From: Octopus vulgaris
Taxonomy: Eukaryota
Direction: 5' to 3'
DNA: 64,000 bases
Assembly (NCBI GenBank): GCA_951406725.2
Contig: OX597838.1
Location: 26,102,001 to 26,166,000, forward strand
Under the pieces are notes generated by a model. That model did not search any database and was not told the origin of the DNA. It saw nothing but the letters and a program-made list of their open reading frames with translations. This document shows, in pieces, positions 26,076-39,428 of the stretch. Positions within the stretch are counted from its first letter, which is position 1; each line of letters begins with the position of its first letter. The position numbers were made by a program, and so were the translations under genes.

Positions 26076-26299
26076 ATAGACGAGGGGAGGAGTTGGGAGT
26101 CCGAGAGAGGAGGAGGTTCAGTTAGGCGGAATCAAACCGAAGTGACCACGTGAACGTGTACTATATGTTGTCCAAAAGTACACAAAAAAAAAGACAAAGG
26201 CAAGGGAAGTGAAGGAACAACAGAGTTCCGTAGTACAACGCCAAGGAAAAATTGAAGAAATATATATATACAGGCATGACTGGGTGGTAAGAAGTGTGC

Positions 26300-26790
26300 G
26301 AGTTGGCAGAAACTTTAGCACACCGGGCGAAATGCTTAGCGGTATTTCCTCTGTCGTTACGTTCTGTGTTCAAATTCCGCCGAGGTCGACTTTGCCTTTC
26401 ATCCTTTCAGGGTCGATAAATTAAGTACCAGTTACGCACTGGGGTCGATGTAATCAACTTAATCCCTTTGTCTGTCCTTGTTTGTTTCCTCTATGTTTAG
26501 CTCCTTGTGGGGAATAAAGAAATAAGAAATGCGCATCCCAACCAAATCGTTCTGGGTTCAGTCCCGCTGCGTGGTACATTGGGCTGACCAAAACCTTGTG
26601 AGTAGAATTCTAGATGAAAGCTGAAAGAATCCCGTTATATGTGTGTGTGTGTGTGTGTGTCTGTCTGTGTTTGTCCCCAACACCGCTTGACAACCGGTGT
26701 TGGAGTGTTTACGTCCCCTTAAAAGATAACCGATAGAATAAGTACTAGGCTTAACCAAAAAGTAAGTCCTGGGGTTGATTCCTTCGACTA
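26300..26790 (+). mobile_element. SINE B monomer (26300-26525) inserted in a SINE D copy
   Basis: D head starts ~26272 and resumes ~26530 after the B tail. Confidence 0.8.
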
Positions 26791-27879
26791 AAATTTCTTC
26801 GACTAACTCTAGATTTCTGCGTATTTGCGCGTCATCCGCAGCAACATGATAGCTATGCTATTTCAAACAAATACTCTTTTTGACGCTAATAATTCTTTTT
26901 CTATATCAGTTTAGACTAAATTTGTTTAAGCATGCGGTTGCTAGTTGGTGCTTGCTGATGACGGGGCACAGATACGTAGAAGTCTAGACTAAGCATTTCC
27001 ACCGTCTATGCTGGACACCTTTCGAATACTACCGATATTCTTATCTGCATTCTTAACATGATGTAAAAAAAAACAAAAAACTGAAACACACATACTATGA
27101 GTATGTGTGTTCGATATTGTCTGTATACCTCGAGCTGCTTCGAAATCATATTTGAATTTTTTCCGAAGTATGAAATGTTGGGACATCTCAGCAGATGGTG
27201 TCAACCATTTCGTATATAGTTATAGTTGTATATAGTCATAGTCAACCATTTCGTATATAGTGTAGTGAAAAATACCGGAGGCGCCACGTGGTGTGATTTG
27301 AACTTGAAACCATTTGGCTGCAAAAGCGAGCTTTTAACCGTGTGTGTGTGTGTGTGTGTGTGCTTGTGCGCGCGTCTGTATACATATTTACACGTACATA
27401 CCTATATACGTTATATATATATATATATATATATATGGGAATGTTCATAATACATCATAATGCATGCATACATACATACATATATACATACATACATACA
27501 TACATACATACATACATACATACATACATACATACATACATACATACATACATACATACATACACAAACAGAAAATTTGCACACATTTATTAACATTTTT
27601 TTGTTTTTGGTGTCTGTACATTTCAAGTTCCTGTGTGCCACAACATCGCAACTTCTTCCAAAAATTCTTGCACCATTGAGCATAAAATAAAATCTATCGT
27701 ACTTTGTCTCTCTCTCTCTCTCTCATAAGTTTACAGTGTTGAAACATGAAGCAACGACCTGATTTTGGAATTGCTTCAAAACACACAAGAAACATCTACT
27801 AATCTACAATAAAAAACAGAAACGATAACCAAAACCACTTAAAATTATTTCAGCATAGAATACACTCACATACAAACAT

Positions 27880-27988
27880 CTGGTTCTAGTCCCGCTACAT
27901 AACACCTTCCACAAGCGTCTTCTATTATAGCCCAGGGCTGTCCTTAGCCTCGTGAGTGGTTTTTGTAGACGAAAACTGAAAGTCTATC

Positions 27989-28032
<44 letters not shown>

Positions 28033-28650
28033 ACCATCGCTTGACAGCCGATGTTGGTGTGGTTATGTCCCCGTAACGTAACAGTTCAGCAAAAGAGACC
28101 GATAGAATAAGTACTAGGCTTACCAAAGAATAAGTCCTGGTGTCGATTTGTTCGACTAAAGGCAGTGCTGCGGCATGGCTGAAGTCAAATGACTGAAACA
28201 AGTAAAAGAATAAGAATGAAAGAACATATATATATAAATAGGCGCAGGAGTGGCTGTGTGGTAAGTAGCTTGCTAACCAACCACATGGTTCCGGGTTCAG
28301 TCCCACTGTGTGGCATTTTGGGCAAGTGTCTTCTACAATAGCCCCGGGCCGACCAATGCCTTGTGAGTGGATTTGGTAGACGGAAACTGAAAGAAGCCTG
28401 TCGTATATATATATATATATGTGTGTGTGTTTGTGTGTCTGTGTTTGTTCCCCTAGCATTGCTTGACAACCGATGCTGGTGTGTTTACGGTCCCCGTCAC
28501 TTAGCGGTTCGCAAAAAAAGACCGATAGAATAAGTACTGGGCTTACAAAAAGAATAAGTCCCGGGGTCGAGTTGATCGACTAAAGGCGGTGCTCCAGCAT
28601 GGCCGCAGTCAAATGACTGAAACAAGTAAAAAGAGTAAAAAGAGAAAAAA
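27880..28650 (+). mobile_element. Two tandem SINE family D copies (27880-28210, 28240-28650)
   Basis: Both end tgactgaaacaagtaaaa; the second is full length. Confidence 0.92.
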
Positions 28651-29158
28651 AAAGAGTATATATATAGTGACAGATAGATAGATAGATAGATAGATATTAC
28701 GCAACGCATTATATAATTCTCAAGCTCATCAGGTAATGTTGTAAAGGAGTGAGCAACGACTTGTTAAGTAATCCGCAGATTTATCAACAAGTAAAATTTC
28801 AAAACAAAATTCCGATACTTAAGACGTTTAAGTTGGTCGTGTTTCAAAGCTGTTAATGAAAAAGAGTAGAAGGTGCAAAGATTTTGTAAATGTAATGACA
28901 GCTTTGGACATTAAGATTTATTGAATATAACAATCTCGCACAGTCTATCGGTATTCTGCTTTGAAATTTCACTTGTTGAAGATCTTGTTGATTACTCAAC
29001 AAGTTGTGGTTGTTCTCCTGATGATCTTGGGAGTTATGTAATGTACTGCGTAATATAAATAATTGAATGATGCGTACGTCAAAAAATAGAAGCTTCTAAT
29101 GAAACAATTGTAGCGAGGCTTGATAATTGTTCAATATATATTTATATATGTATGTAAG

Positions 29159-29194
<36 letters not shown>

Positions 29195-29218
29195 TACAGA
29201 CACCCGTCCCCACATATG

Positions 29219-29259
<41 letters not shown>

Positions 29260-29367
29260 GGAGGCGCAGTGGCCTAGTGGTTAGGGCAGCGGACTCGCGG
29301 TCGTAGGATCGCGGTTTCCATTCCCAGACCGGGCGTTGTGAGTGTTTATTGAGCGAAAACACCTAAA
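29260..29367 (+). mobile_element. SINE A head, followed by a short SINE D tail piece
   Basis: Homology to 567-675. Confidence 0.85.
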
Positions 29368-29419
29368 TGACTGAAACAAGTAAAATGATAAGAGATAACA
29401 ACATCATATATATATATAC

Positions 29420-29773
29420 GCATGAGTGGCTGTATGGTAAGTAGCTTCAGTCCCACTGCGTGGCACCTTGGGTAAGTATCTTCTATTATAGCCTCGGGCC
29501 GACCAAAGCCTTGTGAGTGGATTTGGTAGACGGAAACTGGAAAAATCCTGTCATATATGTATTTATGTGTGTATGTGTAATCTCTATAGTAGATACATGA
29601 ACAGGACAAATATAGTGATTTGTCCGTAGATTGAAAAATGATGAACAACCTAACTGATTTTCGGACCTTATTGAACTATCATCAGAGGTATATACATCAA
29701 TTTGACTAATCCCAGTGAAGCTAGCAGCCAACCTGTTTATATATATTTAACAATTTCAGTAGCTGTGAATCAT

Positions 29774-29847
<74 letters not shown>

Positions 29848-30120
29848 TGATTGTGTATGTGTGCGTGTGTGTCTTCTTGATTTATTCCAATCAGGGCATG
29901 ACAACAGGTGTTGGTGTGTTTATGTTCCTGTTAACCTTTTAGGTTCGGCAAAAGAGACCAATAGATTAAGTACCAGGCTGTACCAAAAAAAAAAAAGGAG
30001 GGAAAAGAAAAAAAGTAATAGAAAAAGAAGTACCGGGGTCGATCTGTCCTACAAAAAACCTTTCAGGCGGTGCCCCGGCATGGCTGCAGTCCAATGACTG
30101 AAACAAGTAAAACGATAAGA
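29420..30120 (+). mobile_element. SINE D split by an HHR-bearing insert in its internal microsatellite
   Basis: D head 29420-29555, foreign 29575-29775, (TG)n, D tail 29895-30120. Confidence 0.75.
29648..29689 (-). ncRNA. Minimal type-I hammerhead motif
   Basis: acct CTGATGA t agttc aataa ggtcc GAAA atcag TT aggt; perfect stem I, eroded stem II. Confidence 0.65.
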
Positions 30121-30328
30121 GATATAAAATGTAATTATTTATCAATCTGTTTATCTGTCTGTCTGTCTGTCTGTCTCTCCTTCCCTCCTTTCTCTCTCTC
30201 ATTTCGCTCTGAGTATATATAAGTAAGACCCCCAAAGTACTATATGTAGATGCATATAACGCTGTAGGGATACACCTGATTGATTTGGAAATGTGTTTTC
30301 CCAAATTATATATATATATGTATGTATA

Positions 30329-30380
<52 letters not shown>

Positions 30381-30868
30381 GAGAGAGGGGGAGGGAGAGA
30401 TGAGGAAAGAGAGCACACGATTTCAGTAAAACACAAAGAGTTTAAGACATATAGGTTACATAATTACAGGAATAGTAAATGACTTATTTGGAATGTTTCC
30501 CAGTTCTATTACTGTATTTCTATGTTAGACTAACTAAAATTAAATTATATAAATCTATCATAACACTCGCACTTGTTATTTTGGCTTGCTACTTGTTGCT
30601 GCACCATCCACTTCTTTCTTTCTCTCTTTCTTTCCTCCTTTCTATCCTTGTCTTTCTTTCTTTCTTTCTTTCTTTCTTTCCTGCTGTCCTTCATTTTTTT
30701 CTTTCGTTTTCTCTTTTTCTGTGTCTTAGAGGCATACGTATACACACATACACACACGTGTATGTATGTATGTATGTATGTATGTATGTATGTATGTATG
30801 TATATATATATGTATGTACATATATATATATATATGTATATATATGTATACATACATACATACGCACG

Positions 30869-30913
<45 letters not shown>

Positions 30914-31868
30914 TAAATTCAAATTACGATGAACGTAAACAAACAAACGAAGTTTGCTTTAGAAGCGTTGAGATGTCTTAGAAAGTTAAAGAATTGATTT
31001 TAAATTCTCAAACGTTGGATAATGCTAATAATATAGCCTGAACAGGATAAGCTACCCCTATTTTGCAATATATATATATATATATATATATGTTTACATT
31101 GACCTTCCATTCATCCATTTATCTATCCGTGTGCGAGTGTGAGTGAGTCTGTTTAAAATGTCTTTCTTCATGTCTGTCTTCCCGTCGATACTGTTTACGG
31201 ACCAAGATGGTGGCTGCAGATCCGATCTTGAACCGCAACACCCTTGCTATATATTTTCTTCTGTAGGTATAGTTAGATTAAATCTATATTTGGTTATTAT
31301 TGTGGGTTTTTTTGGGGGCTTGTGAGGCTTCTTTGGGATTATCTTTATTAGTTTATTTATTTAAAGTCTTCAAAACTTTTAGTTTAACTTAACTTAAAAC
31401 TCTTTACAAAAAAAAGGACTTGAACCTTTTCCTTAAAGATCAAAACTTTATCTGCCCATACACCAAATTATAAATTATTTTATTTAAATATAACATTTAA
31501 ACCAATTGTTTGGAAAACAACCATACTCTTTATACTAATAAAATTAAATACTTTTGATAATATTTATATAATAATTACTCCTAAAAATTGAAAATCTTGT
31601 TACGTGTTGGTGGAATTCAAGCGGAAATAATATATTCTTATTTTCTGAGTATCTTTTAGCTTTTATTCTTTTACTTGTTTCAATCATTTAACTGTCGCAA
31701 TGCTGGGGCATCCACCTTGAAGGGTTTTCGTCCAACACATCCACCACAGGACTTTTTTTTTTGGTTTTGTTTCAGCCTGATACTTATTCTAACGGTGTCT
31801 TTACAGAGACATAAACACACTAACATCGGGTGTCAAGCGATTGCAAGAGGCAAACATAGACACACACA

Positions 31869-32252
31869 TGGAAGCACTCCGTCGGTTACGACGACGAGGG
31901 TTCCGGTTGATCCGAATCAACGGAACAGCCTGCTCGTGAAATTAACGTGTAAGTGGCTGAGCACTCCACAGACACGTGTACCCTTAACGTAGTTCTCGGG
32001 GATATTCAGCGTGACACAGAGAGTGACAAGGCCGGCCCTTTGAAATACAGGTACAACAGAAACAGGAAGTAAGAGTGAGAGAAAGTTGTGGTGAAAGAGT
32101 ACAGCAGGGATCATCACCATCCCCTGCCGGAGCCTCGTGGAGCTTTTAGGTGTTTTCGTTCAATAAACACTCACAACGCCCGATCTGGGAATCGAAACCG
32201 CGATCCTACGTCCGCGAGTCCGCTGCCCTAACCACTGGGCCATTGCGCCTCC
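31869..32252 (-). mobile_element. SINE family A, full length
   Basis: Nearly identical to the reverse complement of 567-949; abuts a SINE D tail (31665-31862, minus). Confidence 0.93.
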
Positions 32253-32339
32253 ACATACATACGCACACACGCACACTCATACGTAAATATATACATGTAT
32301 TCTACGGTTATATTCTACGGATACGGGAATGTCGTCTGA

Positions 32340-33606
32340 CGGGACTATCAGAGATGTACGGAAAGCGATGAAACCGTGTTGATGGACCCGTGCAGTCTCC
32401 GAGTATTGTTGATTCGTAAAATGATGTTGGCGCGTGGAGGACGAATCTGGTTTTCGATCACGTTCATCATCAGGGTCACCCTATCACTCATCTTTAATAA
32501 GGCTAGGAAGGCTGAGTAGTTGGTGTTGTTCTGTCTAGCGTATATGGCGAAAGAAGCTGTGTGGTGAACAAGACCGAAAGGATTAAGAGCAAACACCTTC
32601 CTCTTCAGTCAAACCTTTATAGACTTTTTAAGTTCCACTTAAGCAAGGGAAACCAGGTTGGAGATGGAAGTCCTCCCCGCGATAAAGTTTGTCAAAACGC
32701 GGGTGACTAAGGCAAAAATGGTTAGGGTGAACGAATCTAATTTAAGCGGCTCAATGAGTTAGAGCGTCTGGTTCAAAATCATAAGGTAGTGAGTTCGATT
32801 CCCAGACCGGGCTGTGCGTTGTGTTCTTGAGCAAGACACTTTATTTCACGTTGCTCCAGTTCACTCAGCTATAGAAATGAGTTACGCTGTCACAGGTGCC
32901 AAGATGTATCGGCCCCTTTGCCTTTCTCTTGGATAAAATTGGTGGCGTGGAGACAGGAGGCTGGTATGGATAGGTGACTGCTGGTCTTCCACAAACAACA
33001 TTGCGCAGACTTGTGTCTCGAGTGGGGATGGGGAACTTTCTAGGAGCAATCCCATGGTCATTCATGACCGAAAGGGGTCTTTACCCTATTGCTGCTGCAG
33101 AAAAATAACTGGACTAGGGCTTGTGCCTTTGGAGGTCAAAGAGATCCTGGATTAGTAGAGTTCCTTGCTTGGCCCTATTTAGAGCTTCCCTTGACCCTGT
33201 TTAGAGGTTCTCTTGTATCAAGAGAACAGCATTTTTCATGTCTTCACACGTTTAGTATACTTTTATCTGTTGTCTCAGTCATTCGACTCCGGCCATGCTG
33301 GGGCATCACCTTGACGGGTGACGGAGGTGTAAGTGAATCAACACCAGTTGTCAAGCGGCGGTGGCGGACAAATAAAAGAGACACGCACGGGTTTCTTTCA
33401 GTTTCTTTTGTCGACTCGGGGCTATAGAAGAAGGGGCGCCGCAGTGGGACTGGACGGTTGGGAAGCAGGCTACACGCTGTGTCTATTCTTTTATTTCATC
33501 TGTTCCCCCTCTTTTCCCTATCTTTCCCATTCTCCCTCCCCCCCCCAAAACTGTAAACTGTTCTTGTAATGTATTCCTCAACTGATGTCCCTGCGGCTAA
33601 TAAACA
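32340..33606 (+). mobile_element. Tx1/L1-clade LINE 3' end (zinc-knuckle region, C-terminus, probable 3' UTR), interrupted by SINE C (32745-33087) and SINE D
   Basis: YQRCTESDETVL..VQSPSI; MAKEAVW*TRPKGLRANTFL; KFHL..EVLP..KFVK..KMVRVN; ends ccctgcggctAATAAA. Confidence 0.72.
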
Positions 33607-33607
33607 A

Positions 33608-33696
<89 letters not shown>

Positions 33697-34013
33697 TTGG
33701 TGGTGGTGATGGTGGTGGTGGTGGTAACTTGTTATCGTCGTCGTCGATATCGTCCTCCTTCACATCTTCCTCCGTCTCATCGCTAGTATCGCCATCTTCA
33801 ACCACAATCATTATGCATAACAAGTGATAATTGACTTGTTTGCTTTTAAAATAAATGTTATTACTAAAGAGAGATGGAGAGAGAAACAGAGAGTGAGAGA
33901 GAGAGAGAGTGAGTAAGTGAGAGAGAGAGAGAAGAGAAAAATAAATGGAGAAATGAGGTTAGAGATGTAATATCATTTTATTTTGGATGTGTAAATGATT
34001 AACGATAATAATG

Positions 34014-34050
<37 letters not shown>

Positions 34051-34098
34051 TGGTGATGATAATAGATAACAATAATGGTTTCATTTATGATGATGATG

Positions 34099-34138
<40 letters not shown>

Positions 34139-34231
34139 TGATGATGGTGATGATAATAGATAATAATAATGGTTTCATTTATGATGATGATGATAATAAT
34201 AATAATAATAATAGTAATAATAATTATAATG

Positions 34232-34274
<43 letters not shown>

Positions 34275-34531
34275 TAATAATGATCACGATGATATCGTCA
34301 TAAATAACAATTGCAATAATAATAATAATAATGATAATAATAATAATGATAATAATAATAATGATAATAATAATAATAATAATGATAGTAATAATAATAA
34401 TGATAATAATGATCACGATAATATCGTCATGAATAACAATTGCAATAATAATGATAATAATAATAATGATAATGATAATATTGTCATCAATAAAAGCATG
34501 ATAGTAGCATTAACAACTAGAAAAATAAAAA

Positions 34532-34569
<38 letters not shown>

Positions 34570-34570
34570 A
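33607..34570. repeat. (TTA)/(TAG)/(AAT)/(GAT) trinucleotide fields
   Basis: Direct. Confidence 0.95.
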
Positions 34571-35049
34571 TTCTGAAAATTTGTATTCTCACTGTGACAC
34601 CTAAATTAAACTAATATCAAAACATCGCCCTTCTTCCATCACCTTTTCTTCCCACCACCCCCTGCTGCCATCGATATTTATAACACTTTAGAAACATTCC
34701 ATTAATAAGTTGTTATGTCGAGAAGAGAAACTGATTTAGTTCGTTGCGGTGGACGCTGCCTTGCTAATTCTCCAGGCTGACATGTACGACCGTGTGCTTA
34801 AGGTGTGAAGTTCTTTTAGCAATCATGGTTTCTGAGTTTGATCTCAATACGCGGCACCTGGAACCAGGTTTCCTCTTTTTATAGCTTCAAGTTGAACAAT
34901 TTTTTTTTTTTTTGCTGCTTTTTATGTGAAAAAAATTGCAAGAACAGGATCTGCGTCAAAAGCCGTCGGATGATATGAGCCATGTAATAGGGGTCGATGA
35001 AAACGACTAGCCCTTACCACTCTTAGAATTGTTGGCCTTATTATCGATA

Positions 35050-35273
35050 GCCCACCGGACAAAATGCTTCGTTGCATTTTGTCCGGCTTCAGGTTCTGAG
35101 TTCAAATTCTGCAGGGATCGATTTTTACCTTTCATCCTTTTGGGGTCGATAAAATAAGTATCAGTTGAGCACCGGAGTCGATGTAATCGACCAACCGCTC
35201 CCCTTAAAAAAAAACCTTCAGACCTTGTGCTTATCGCTGAAAATATTATTATGATTATTATTATTATTATCAC

Positions 35274-35309
<36 letters not shown>

Positions 35310-35528
35310 TATTATTATTATTATTATTATTACTATATGTTTTTCTTCAATTTTGTTTCCATTTCTAACCGAGTGTCTTCTCGACACCTAAGGCAAAGAA
35401 ACTACTGCATACATTGATAGGCTAATAATGATAATAATATTGTTGTTGTTGTCCTCCTCCTCCTCCTCCTTCTTCTTCTTCTTCTTCTTCTTCTTCTTCT
35501 TCTTCTTCTAATTATAATTATTATAATA

Positions 35529-35584
<56 letters not shown>

Positions 35585-35609
35585 TATTATTATCATTATC
35601 ATTATTATT

Positions 35610-35643
<34 letters not shown>

Positions 35644-35845
35644 AAGCGTCGAGCTGTCAGAATCGATAGCGCGGCGGATAAAATGCTTCGCAATATTTTG
35701 TCCAACTTTACATTCTGAGTTCAAATTCCGCTGAGGTCGACTTCGCCTTTCATCTTTTCATCTATTCGGGGGTCAGTTCAGTAAGTAGCAGTTAAGTACT
35801 GGTGACTTTCTCCACTCAGTAAAATTGTTGGCCTTGAAATTAGAA
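35050..35845 (+). mobile_element. Two diverged SINE B monomers (35050-35240, 35643-35845) separated by trinucleotide repeats
   Basis: Homology. Confidence 0.75.
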
Positions 35846-36081
35846 AGATTTTTTTTCTTTTTTTTTTTATCCAGCTGAAATATTTTGAAACTTCATGTAA
35901 TTGCGACCATAAGATAAAGTCACTGTTGTGTAACTGGAACGCGACCTTGAAACTCACTCGTTTAATATGTATGTTGTGAGCGGAGAATTTAACGATTAGT
36001 CAGATCAGTTGAAGATTGATATGAATATATATTTTATAATGAGGCAGTGAGGAAAAGTATTGTTTTTTTATTTTTGCTTTT

Positions 36082-36658
36082 GTAATGAATAATGTAACAG
36101 TATTTCATTTCTGTATTTGGTTGGCCAATATTCTTAATGTAGACCCATGTGTTGAAACAGATTTGGTTGTATCTCGGGAAGGTCATTATGCCACAGAAGT
36201 GAAATGGGACCAGTGCGTGTGTTTTTGTAATGAATAATGTAATGCTATTTCGTTTCTTATTTGGTTTGCCAATATTCTTGATGTGGACCTGTGTGTTAAA
36301 ATAGATTTGTTTGTATCTCGGGAAGGTCACTACGCCACAGAAGTGAAATGGGACCAGTGCGTGTGTTTTTGTAGTGAATAATGTAATAGCATTTCGTTTC
36401 TTGTTTGGTTGGCCAATATTCTTAATGTAGACCCATGTGTTGAAACAGATTTGGCTGTATCTCGGGAAGGTCATTACGCCACAGAAGTGAAATGGGACCA
36501 GTGCGTGTGTTTTTGTAGTGAATAATGTAATAGTATTTCGTTTCTTATTTGGTTGGCCAATATTCTTGATGTGGACCTGTGTGTTGAAATAGATTTGTTT
36601 GTATCTCGGGAAGGTCATTACGCCACAGAAGTGAAATGGAACCAGTGTGTGTGTGTGT
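36082..36658. repeat. Tandem minisatellite, 4 x ~144 bp with ABAB higher-order structure
   Basis: Unit starts at 36082, 36227, 36371, 36515; diagnostic variants alternate. Confidence 0.95.
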
Positions 36659-37182
36659 TTATTATTGGCATAATAAAACAAAATGTAGTAGTACTAACTA
36701 TATAGATTAGAGATAGAATGGTCTCGAGTGGATCTCTTTTGATCTTAGGTCTGCTTGCTCAAAGAACAACAGCGACTACAATAGCACAAGACATTAAGAT
36801 TTTAACCTTTTAACATTTTCACTCGTATGTGATGAACGTAAATGGTTAAAAGATGACGTTTGATGTTTACACACACACACACACACATACACACACACAC
36901 ACACACACATACACACATACATACGTACACACACGCGCCTATAAATATAAACACTTATACATGAGAGATAGAGAGGAGGAGTGAGACAGAGCGAATGACA
37001 GAAGGATACACACGCAAAAGGATACATAAGCGTCCAGGAATATGTACAAATATATGTGCATAAACAGACGCATGCGCATGAAAGCAAACAGGTACACACA
37101 CACATGTAGCATATATGCATACATACACACACTACCTATATAAAAAAATATGCATGAATATACAGTAGACACATAAGCATAA

Positions 37183-37216
<34 letters not shown>

Positions 37217-37218
<2 letters not shown>

Positions 37219-37466
37219 AGGTGCATTGCTTAGTGGTAAGAGCGTCGTTCTCGCAATCATGAGGTAGTAAGCTTGAATCCCGGACCGGTCTGTATGTTGT
37301 GTTCTTGAGCAAGACACTTTATTTCCGCGTTGCTCCAGTTCACTTAGCTGTAGAAATGACTGCTGGCCTTCCATAAATAACCTTGCCTTAACTTGTGCCT
37401 CTGTGGGGAAACATTCTATGTGTAACCCTATGCTTATTCATGACTGAGACTGAACGGGGCCTTTAC

Positions 37467-37470
<4 letters not shown>
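37217..37470 (+). mobile_element. SINE family C, internally deleted
   Basis: Homology. Confidence 0.8.
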
Positions 37471-37506
<36 letters not shown>

Positions 37507-37510
<4 letters not shown>

Positions 37511-37697
37511 GCAGGCAACAGGTTGCTTACCCACATACCGAAAAAATTAGAAATAGCAGTCAAAGACTGTTTATTTCTATTTTCTACAAATAAGACTCCA
37601 CATACGACATATCCCTGTAGAAAATAGAAATAAACAGTCTTTGACTGCTATTTCTAATTTTTTCGGTGTGTGGCTAAGCAACCTGTTGCCTGCCTTT
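37507..37697. repeat. Fold-back hairpin, 82-bp arms, 2 mismatches, 27-nt loop
   Basis: 37507-37588 is the reverse complement of 37616-37697; directly follows (TA)n. Confidence 0.97.
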
Positions 37698-37827
37698 TTT
37701 ATTCATATACAAAATATATATTGAACTTTTATAGGAGTTCCTACCGTTAATGGTTATATTTACATGCCGAAATCTACCAGTAAATAATTGTTGGTTTTTT
37801 AAAAACCATTAAAGCTATTGTTTACTC

Positions 37828-37919
<92 letters not shown>

Positions 37920-37926
<7 letters not shown>

Positions 37927-38087
37927 AAATAAGTAACAAGGATGTACAGGTGTTAATATATTACGGCCGTTTCAAGGGGCACTATTTAATTGATCAATAA
38001 AAACGTTACATTGATCAATTAAATGGAGCCGCTTGAAACAGCTGCAATGTATTGACATCTGTACTTCTTTTTACTTATTTACATTCT
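37920..38087. repeat. Fold-back hairpin, ~79-bp diverged arms, 11-nt loop
   Basis: Arms 37920-37998 and 38010-38087; each carries GAAAC(A/G)GC(T/C)G(C/T)A. Confidence 0.9.
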
Positions 38088-38729
38088 TTTCACCTAACTT
38101 GGAGCCGTGCGGACTATACCAAACTGGCAAGGTACCTCAATTTAAGTACCTAATTTAACCGAACCATATATATATATTAGAAACAGCGCTAGAGTTGTAG
38201 ACATTATCAAACACACATATACAATGTACGTGCTCCGCTTGTTCACCGGTCGGCTGCGATATGACGCGGTGGAGACGACTCTTTCAAAGCGCTGGGTGTT
38301 AAAACGGCTTAAAGTCATGGACAGGTGAGACAACTCGCTCTGACCCTGAAACCATGTGGTCGGAAAGTGATCTCCTAAACCACACAGCCATGCCTGCACC
38401 TATAAATATAATTTGCATGCTCGTATGTTTTTTTTAGTGTATTCACCTGAAAGTGAGGCAATGACCAGTTGTTTGCGTTCCGAGTTCGAAACCTACCTGG
38501 GTCTATATGTGTCATATACTTAATCCATTGCCTGGTTTAATGTTACCTTGTGGTACCTTGAGTATTTTTAGCGGGCGGTTGAGACTAGTTAGAGGGTAGG
38601 TGGGTGGGACGATATTATCTTCAAACCGGGATTTGGCACAAAGAAGGACTTACTAAAGGTACCCGAAGACTAAGCGGTGGTGTTCATAAAATCAAGCGAC
38701 GGATTAAGACTACCACTCGTGGATGCCGT

Positions 38730-39283
38730 AATGGGATTTGAGGTCATAACGCAAAAAAGGAGTAAATTACCGCAAGGCATCCTCTGAGACGCTCAAGCGT
38801 TTCTGTTCGTCCACCGATCTAGACTGGTACTTAATTTATCGACCCCGGAAGAATGAAAAATAAAGCTGATCTCGACAGTATTTGAACAAAAAAAACTCGA
38901 CCTAATTACCGCAAGATATCTCAGGCATCGCTCAAACGTTTCTATCAGTTCATCATTCTAGAATGCAAAGCGAAGTTGACGCTGGAAAGATTTGAACTCA
39001 GAACTTGAGCTCCGGAATAAACACTGCAAAGCATTTCCTAAGACGCTCTAACGTTTCTTATTTCCCACAAGGGGCTAAACATAGAGGGGACAAAAAAGGA
39101 CAGACAAAGGGATTAAGTCGATTACATCGACCCCAGTGCGTAACTGGCACTTAATTTAACGACCCCGAAAGGATGAAAAGCAAAGTCGACCTCGGCGGAA
39201 TTTGAACTCAAAACGTAACGGCAGATGAAATTCCGCTAAGCATTTCGTCCGGCATGCTAACGTTTCTGCCATCTCGCCGCCTT
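38730..39283 (-). mobile_element. Old tandem SINE B-related units plus a younger B monomer (39058-39283)
   Basis: Repeated gatttgaactc...accgcaaggcat...cgctc(t/a)aacgtttc. Confidence 0.7.
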
Positions 39284-39384
39284 GACGCCTATGCCAATTC
39301 GCCGTTTATGGCATATAAAAAGTATATTTAGCCATGGATGCCGTATTTGAATTAAGAGGGTCTCAACTGTAAAGATGAAAGAAC

Positions 39385-39428
39385 AGATCGATTAGTTTCG
39401 CCTTTCATTAAAATCTCGTCAGATTTCG
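39385..39428 (-). ncRNA. Minimal hammerhead motif
   Basis: gaaat CTGACGA gattttaatgaaaggc GAAA ctaa TC gatct; intact core, eroded stems. Confidence 0.55.

Noticed and set aside
27590-27690. Possible mariner N-terminal relic (minus strand, QWCKNF..GR)
   Set aside because: Similarity is too short and needs frameshifts; cannot be supported by eye.
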